DNA of 64,000 bases from Ptychomitrium polyphyllum (taxonomy: Eukaryota). Of this stretch, positions 59,301-64,000 are shown piece by piece; the first letter of the stretch is position 1, and the number at the start of each line of letters is the position of its first letter. Location: positions 1,550,001-1,614,000 of the forward strand of contig OZ316776.1 of assembly GCA_973851085.1 (NCBI GenBank). Direction: 5' to 3'. Under the pieces are notes generated by a model that did no database searches, was not told the origin of the DNA, and saw only the letters and a list, made by a program, of their open reading frames with translations. A program made the translations under genes and the position numbers.

Positions 59301-60237
59301 TGACGAGAAGCGAGTGTTTAAAGATTGGCAGGAAGGTCAGATACATTTTCCTCCGACCTATAAGTACAAGGAAGGAACAGATCAGTTTTCTGGCGAGACC
59401 TTAAGCACTGGAGAGAAGCGACGATCACCTGCCTGGTAAGTCTCCTCATTCGTTTTCTGCTGGTCAGTATAAGACGAAAATTGACATGCGACCGAAGTGC
59501 ATATTATTGGTTTTAATGTCCTAATAAGATAGACTGCAGGTGTGACAGGATCTTATGGTATGGAAAGGGTATGAAGCAAATAGCATATACAAGTGGAGAT
59601 CTGAAGCTATCTGACCATCGTTCAGTTTCTGCAACATTTATAGCTGAAGTGGAAGTTATCAGCTACAGAAAGCTAAAGAAAGCATGTATTTTCCCGAACA
59701 ACATAACAGTGGATCAGTTGAAGACGAAGGAGGTATTTTGGTGCTTTTTGATAGGCTGAACCATTTTTTGGTGCGCAGTCTCGATGCTGCAATGAACCTT
59801 CATTGTTTGGGAGTATATTTTTCACCAAAAAAGATGTTGAAACCCTTTTGATGCAGGAGAGAAATACTACCAATGAACTCCAAAGAAAAAATTCACATAA
59901 ATTTCGAAAACTTGCGAGAGCACGTAGTTTTGTGTACCCGGAATTGTCCGTTGCAAGTGCTCGAGTTTGGAAAGGCGACGGTTCCAGGTAATTCTCATTT
60001 TTGGAGTAGCTGCAGTTAAAATACCTGTTCAGTAAACATTTTAAAAGGGTTCTGATTGCTTGCGATGGTTCTGTTTGGTTTGTTCTATTGTAAATAAGGT
60101 TCATGAACCTCAGGTCTTTCCTGTTTCTCAACTTGCTCTATGCGACCAAGTGATGTGAGTTAAACCTTTTATTTTGATTTGACAGACGTGACAAATTGGG
60201 AGGAATATTCCGGGTCCCTATTTGCGGCCACAGTTAA
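56396..60237 (+). CDS. Plant inositol polyphosphate 5-phosphatase (type I / CVP2-like group)
   Basis: Exons 56396-56428, 56557-56668, 56879-56968, 57127-57211, 57391-57495, 57621-58281, 58570-58763, 59039-59147, 59287-59435, 59540-59732, 59857-59987 and 60186-60237; the terminal exons are less certain. Motifs: FWPRQLVKKWLNL, TWNVAG, GFQEIVPLNA, SKQMVG, GNKGS, FVCSHL, WLGDLNYR, PPTYKY, PAWCDRILW, SDHR. Confidence 0.92.
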
Positions 60238-61696
60238 CGCATTCTTTCCTAATGCTAACTACCTATTAGTATTATATATTTGAACAAAAGTACGGCCATA
60301 CATGGCGATACATTTATACATTCGAAATAGTCACCTCTTAGACATACAAGCGGACCCTGCTCTATTGCAGCCAACATTCAGATCCACAATTAGGGTCTTC
60401 GTGTTGAAGGTGAGTTTGTTTTGTATCCCGGCAATATGCATGTTGCTTTTATGTAGGTCACTTAGCAGACAGGTATCTTTGCATATATGTCTGGTACTCC
60501 TAGCATGTTCATATGAATTTCCAAAAAATTGATCCTCTGTATGACCCACAAGTTAATCTAAACAAAGATCCTACTTACCTAAGGTAATGCTGCAGATAAG
60601 TTATACCGCTCTGAAGAATCAAGCACAGCAGGATAAGGAGCATGTTGATAAGTTTATGATTTCATGCGACGCCGGCCCCGCAATTTTGAGCTCAAGTCAA
60701 TATCGGAGTTCTAGATCCGCGTTAGCACCGTGTCAATTAAGTTGAATTAATCGATTTATGGGGTCGATTCGTGATCGTTTGAAGCAGTCGTGGATCTGGA
60801 AGCAATGAAGACATTCGACTTAGGCTTATTATGTATGCAAGCAAGCAAGTTTTTGAGTAGACTTCTATCCAAGGGTTTCCTGCTATGGAGATCCGGTGGG
60901 TGGAAATTCCATATAAGACAAGAACGGAATGATTACTGAGGGGATTTCTTACCATCAGTTGCCCATGGGGGAACATGGAAGGAGTGCCTAATACATGTGC
61001 ACCGTCGTTAGCTTATATTGAAAAAGTTGTTCTGAAATTTTCAAGTGGTATGAGTATGAACTTAGGCGAATTTCACGAGCAAAAACTTCAACTACATGTG
61101 ACTGCCAAGCTACTTCAAAATTGTCGTTCGAGAGCAGGTGTTCGTCGATGTGGAAGTGCTCATCCACCAGAGTTCTTTAAGTTTAAAACTTTTGCAAGCA
61201 AAGATTCAAATTTCGTGTTAAGCAACCTGAAAGGAATATATACACTGAGTTGCTGTTACGACTTTTACTCGTTTGGGATTACTGTATTCTATCTAGAAGG
61301 CACATGACTGAACTCATGCTACGTGAAAGCACTTCAAACCAGTGCAGCTCTTTGTCATGAGGTCCTGTTTTGAGCTCCTCATTGGCATATGCGTAGCTGC
61401 TGAGTTAGTGACCATTATATATGTGAAATACACCTCTGGTGGCAGTTTTGAGAAAAACTCTTACCAAATGTGGAGTGTGAAGACTAAGGGCTGCTTCTGG
61501 TAGCGTACACCTCCGCTGTGTGTAGCTGAAGTACGTCCGTGAGGGCCTCTGAGTTCTGAGGTAGTGTTGTACTTCTGTCCTTTTCAAACAGAGAAGAATT
61601 GAAACCTTATAATCCCTGTTTCGTAGTGTTTTGGAATGTGCGTCTTGCACAGCACATGTACGTTAGTAGGTGTGTGATAGAGATAGATAGTTCTAG

Positions 61697-62214
61697 TTAT
61701 CGAAAGCAACTCAAAGCACGGTGACTGAAAATTTACAATTTACTTTCGATTCCACCAGGGTAGTGGGTACAGACGTGCAGGCACCTCTAGTGACTTGAGC
61801 TAGAATGGAAAACGACAATGTTACATTTAGCAATGTGTGCAACTTTGTACGTGGCATAGTCATAGAAAGTGCTCTATCGTACAAAAAGTCAATGCGATTT
61901 TTGACAATTACTCAATAAAAAGCCAATAGCATGCACCGGCCGGGAATCGAACCCGGGTCTGTACCGTGGCAGGGTACTATTCTACCACTAGACCACCGGT
62001 GCGACACCGTTCAAAGGACATCTAAATCGTCGAACAGATATCAGAATAAACCGTTCTCACAATTAACCTTTAGAATTTGCATTTCCAGTACACCAGCAAG
62101 TACAGAATACCTGCAGCACATACTCTCGAAAGCCGCAGGGCCCAAGTTACACCAATCTTGGATAAAGATGAAAGAATCTTTAGTTAAAACGTTTATCGAA
62201 AGCAACTCAAAGCA
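61697..62214. repeat. Perfect 22-bp direct repeat flanking the tRNA-Gly locus
   Basis: ttatcgaaagcaactcaaagca at 61697-61718 and at 62193-62214. Confidence 0.92.
61932..62002 (-). tRNA. tRNA-Gly (GCC)
   Basis: The minus strand reads GCACCGGTGGTCTAGTGGTAGAATAGTACCCTGCCACGGTACAGACCCGGGTTCGATTCCCGGCCGGTGCA. It has a 7-bp acceptor stem, GCC anticodon, A and B boxes, and T-runs downstream. Confidence 0.98.
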
Positions 62215-62882
62215 AGTTCTAGAGCATACTCCAGGATTTTTCCTTCAACTAACTTAAGTGCATTGAAATTTTGCTTTTGAGATGATCGGAAAGATGTAAA
62301 GAATAGCAAGATTACGAATTTTAACTAATACGTGCACGTCCTCTCTGAACCGACAAAATGATATCAAGAGTGGAGATCAGTGGCCTGCACTCAAATAACT
62401 TGAAAATGCACACAAAGTTCGTTGCGAAGCAAGAGCTACCGCCTTTCAGTGAGTGGAATAGTACCTACCTTGTTGAAAGAGCTCCAGAATTTGCTGCATC
62501 CCGAAATCCATGCAAAGCGCTTGAAAGCTCAGTCGTGAACTCTTTGTGTTGCTTCGTATCAGTTACACCCACTTCCAGAAAAAGGACGTTGACGAAGGAT
62601 AAATTACACAAAGACACATTGAGTATTGGAAGACTGCAATTAAACATCAACGGTTTGCAAATCCATTAATGTTCATTGCATTTGAATTTATGCAAATTTT
62701 TAAACTAATAATAAAAGTAAGACAGACGCAAAAAAGTGCAAGAGAGTCCTAAACTGGGGTGATCATCCCTTCCTGAAGACTACATAACCCCACCTCACCT
62801 CTTAATTGCAACTCCCTCAGACCTCAATTCACTAGAAACTGGAAGCCTCCAGTAGTAATAGAATCGGTGGTTACGCTACAAC

Positions 62883-63919
62883 CTAAACGTGAACTATACT
62901 ATCGTGATAGAAATATGTGAAAAAGTACAACTTGAGGACCAAAGCCAAGCCGAGCTGGATTGCCGCTGAACTTGTGACTATAAGGAACCACCGTTCACTT
63001 GCTGTCTTTATGTGTGTCCGAATATTGATAGCCAGGAAACCAGCAGACATGACTCCCGCTACTCCCACCACCACCCACCTCATAATGTCCCATGGGGCAA
63101 CGCAGAGGAACTGAAAATTCACAAGAAAAAAATTGGTTACCTCCAGGAGTACCGCTGCATATTACTTTCTCATAGTTTAAGCTCCTACATCGGAGTACAA
63201 TAATTTGAGCTAACGAGGGACTACTGCATAACGAGCATTAACCACTGACATAACTGATACGAAGCAACACATGTCTTTACAATCAAATGAGAAGCAATAG
63301 CTCACCGAGGCTGGAATGAAGACAAAAAGGGAGTACCCATAGAGGCACCAGAGCTGTACAAGGCCTGAAATGACACCCAAGTACTTAAGGAGAAAGTAAA
63401 GGCCCAAAGGTACCACTCCAACATATCCATAGAACATGAAGGCTGCCCATGACACCTTGTTTACGTCATAATGCCAAGAATCGGCGTTGGTAGACAGGTA
63501 TGCTGCAAAGTTTCCCAATGCCGCTGTAACAAACACCAATGTTGAGCAGATCCAAAACGGTCCATACCTACACCAAAAAAATTGTTCAGATAATCAGGCG
63601 TAACTTTCTCAATCAGCAAACTGATTTGCAGAATAATGTCGATGGCAAACATAGATTTGAAGTTCTTAGTCCAAGTACGTAAAAAAGGACACTTGAGCGC
63701 AAACTTAAGCTTACATGTCAGGATTGTGGCTGGTTTTCTCAACAAAATCGCCCTTAAAGGGGAATAGTGAATCTCGAATACGCTCTAGAACTTCGGAAGT
63801 GTCTACATTAAAGTAGGGTCGATAAGAAACAACACTGAAGTAGCTCTGCCATCCTGCAGGCGCTGGTGATCCACTAAGCCCACCTTGACTTCCAGAGCCA
63901 GGCTTTGAGAATGAATCTG
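62883..63919 (-). CDS. Yip1-domain protein (YIPF1/2-like); the 5' part lies beyond the window
   Basis: Exons ~63919-63715, 63567-63306 and 63110-62883. Motifs: YRPYFNVDT, NPDMYGPFWICSTLVF, LWCLYGYSLFVFIP, and terminal LALVLKLYFF. Confidence 0.93.
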
Positions 63920-64000
63920 CTTGTAACATGAACTTGCAGTAAGAGAAGGAAGGAACATCACTAGCATAAAAAAGACAGTGCGGAAAATTACCAATAATAC

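Noticed and set aside
61780..61931. Dicistronic tRNA-Gly-snoRNA, as known from angiosperms
   Set aside because: There is no C box (RTGATGA) or D box downstream on the tRNA strand, and T-runs follow soon after the tRNA.

Overview
This is eukaryotic nuclear DNA from a land plant; the gene and intron style suggests a bryophyte (probably a moss), but that is inference. There is no prokaryotic system or CRISPR array. Spliced genes reconstructed by eye are: an ATL-type RING-H2 E3 ligase (-), a LACTB2-like metallo-beta-lactamase-fold protein (-), augmin subunit 1 (+, with a GC-AG intron), a CFL1-like WW/C4 protein (-), spermidine synthase (+), SRP54 (+), an inositol polyphosphate 5-phosphatase (+), tRNA-Gly(GCC) (-) and a 5'-truncated Yip1-family gene (-). 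The window opens with an intron-retaining class II DAHP synthase pseudogene. Long AT-rich intergenic tracts carry heavily decayed transposon-like relics. The best unexplained non-coding structures are: twin stem-loops after the CFL1-like stop codon, a 22-bp perfect direct repeat bracketing the tRNA gene, a ~100-bp-arm foldback element upstream of spermidine synthase, a palindromic ~65-bp repeat upstream of AUG1, and three unrelated 10-11-bp-period arrays. I did not find a convincingly novel multi-gene system.
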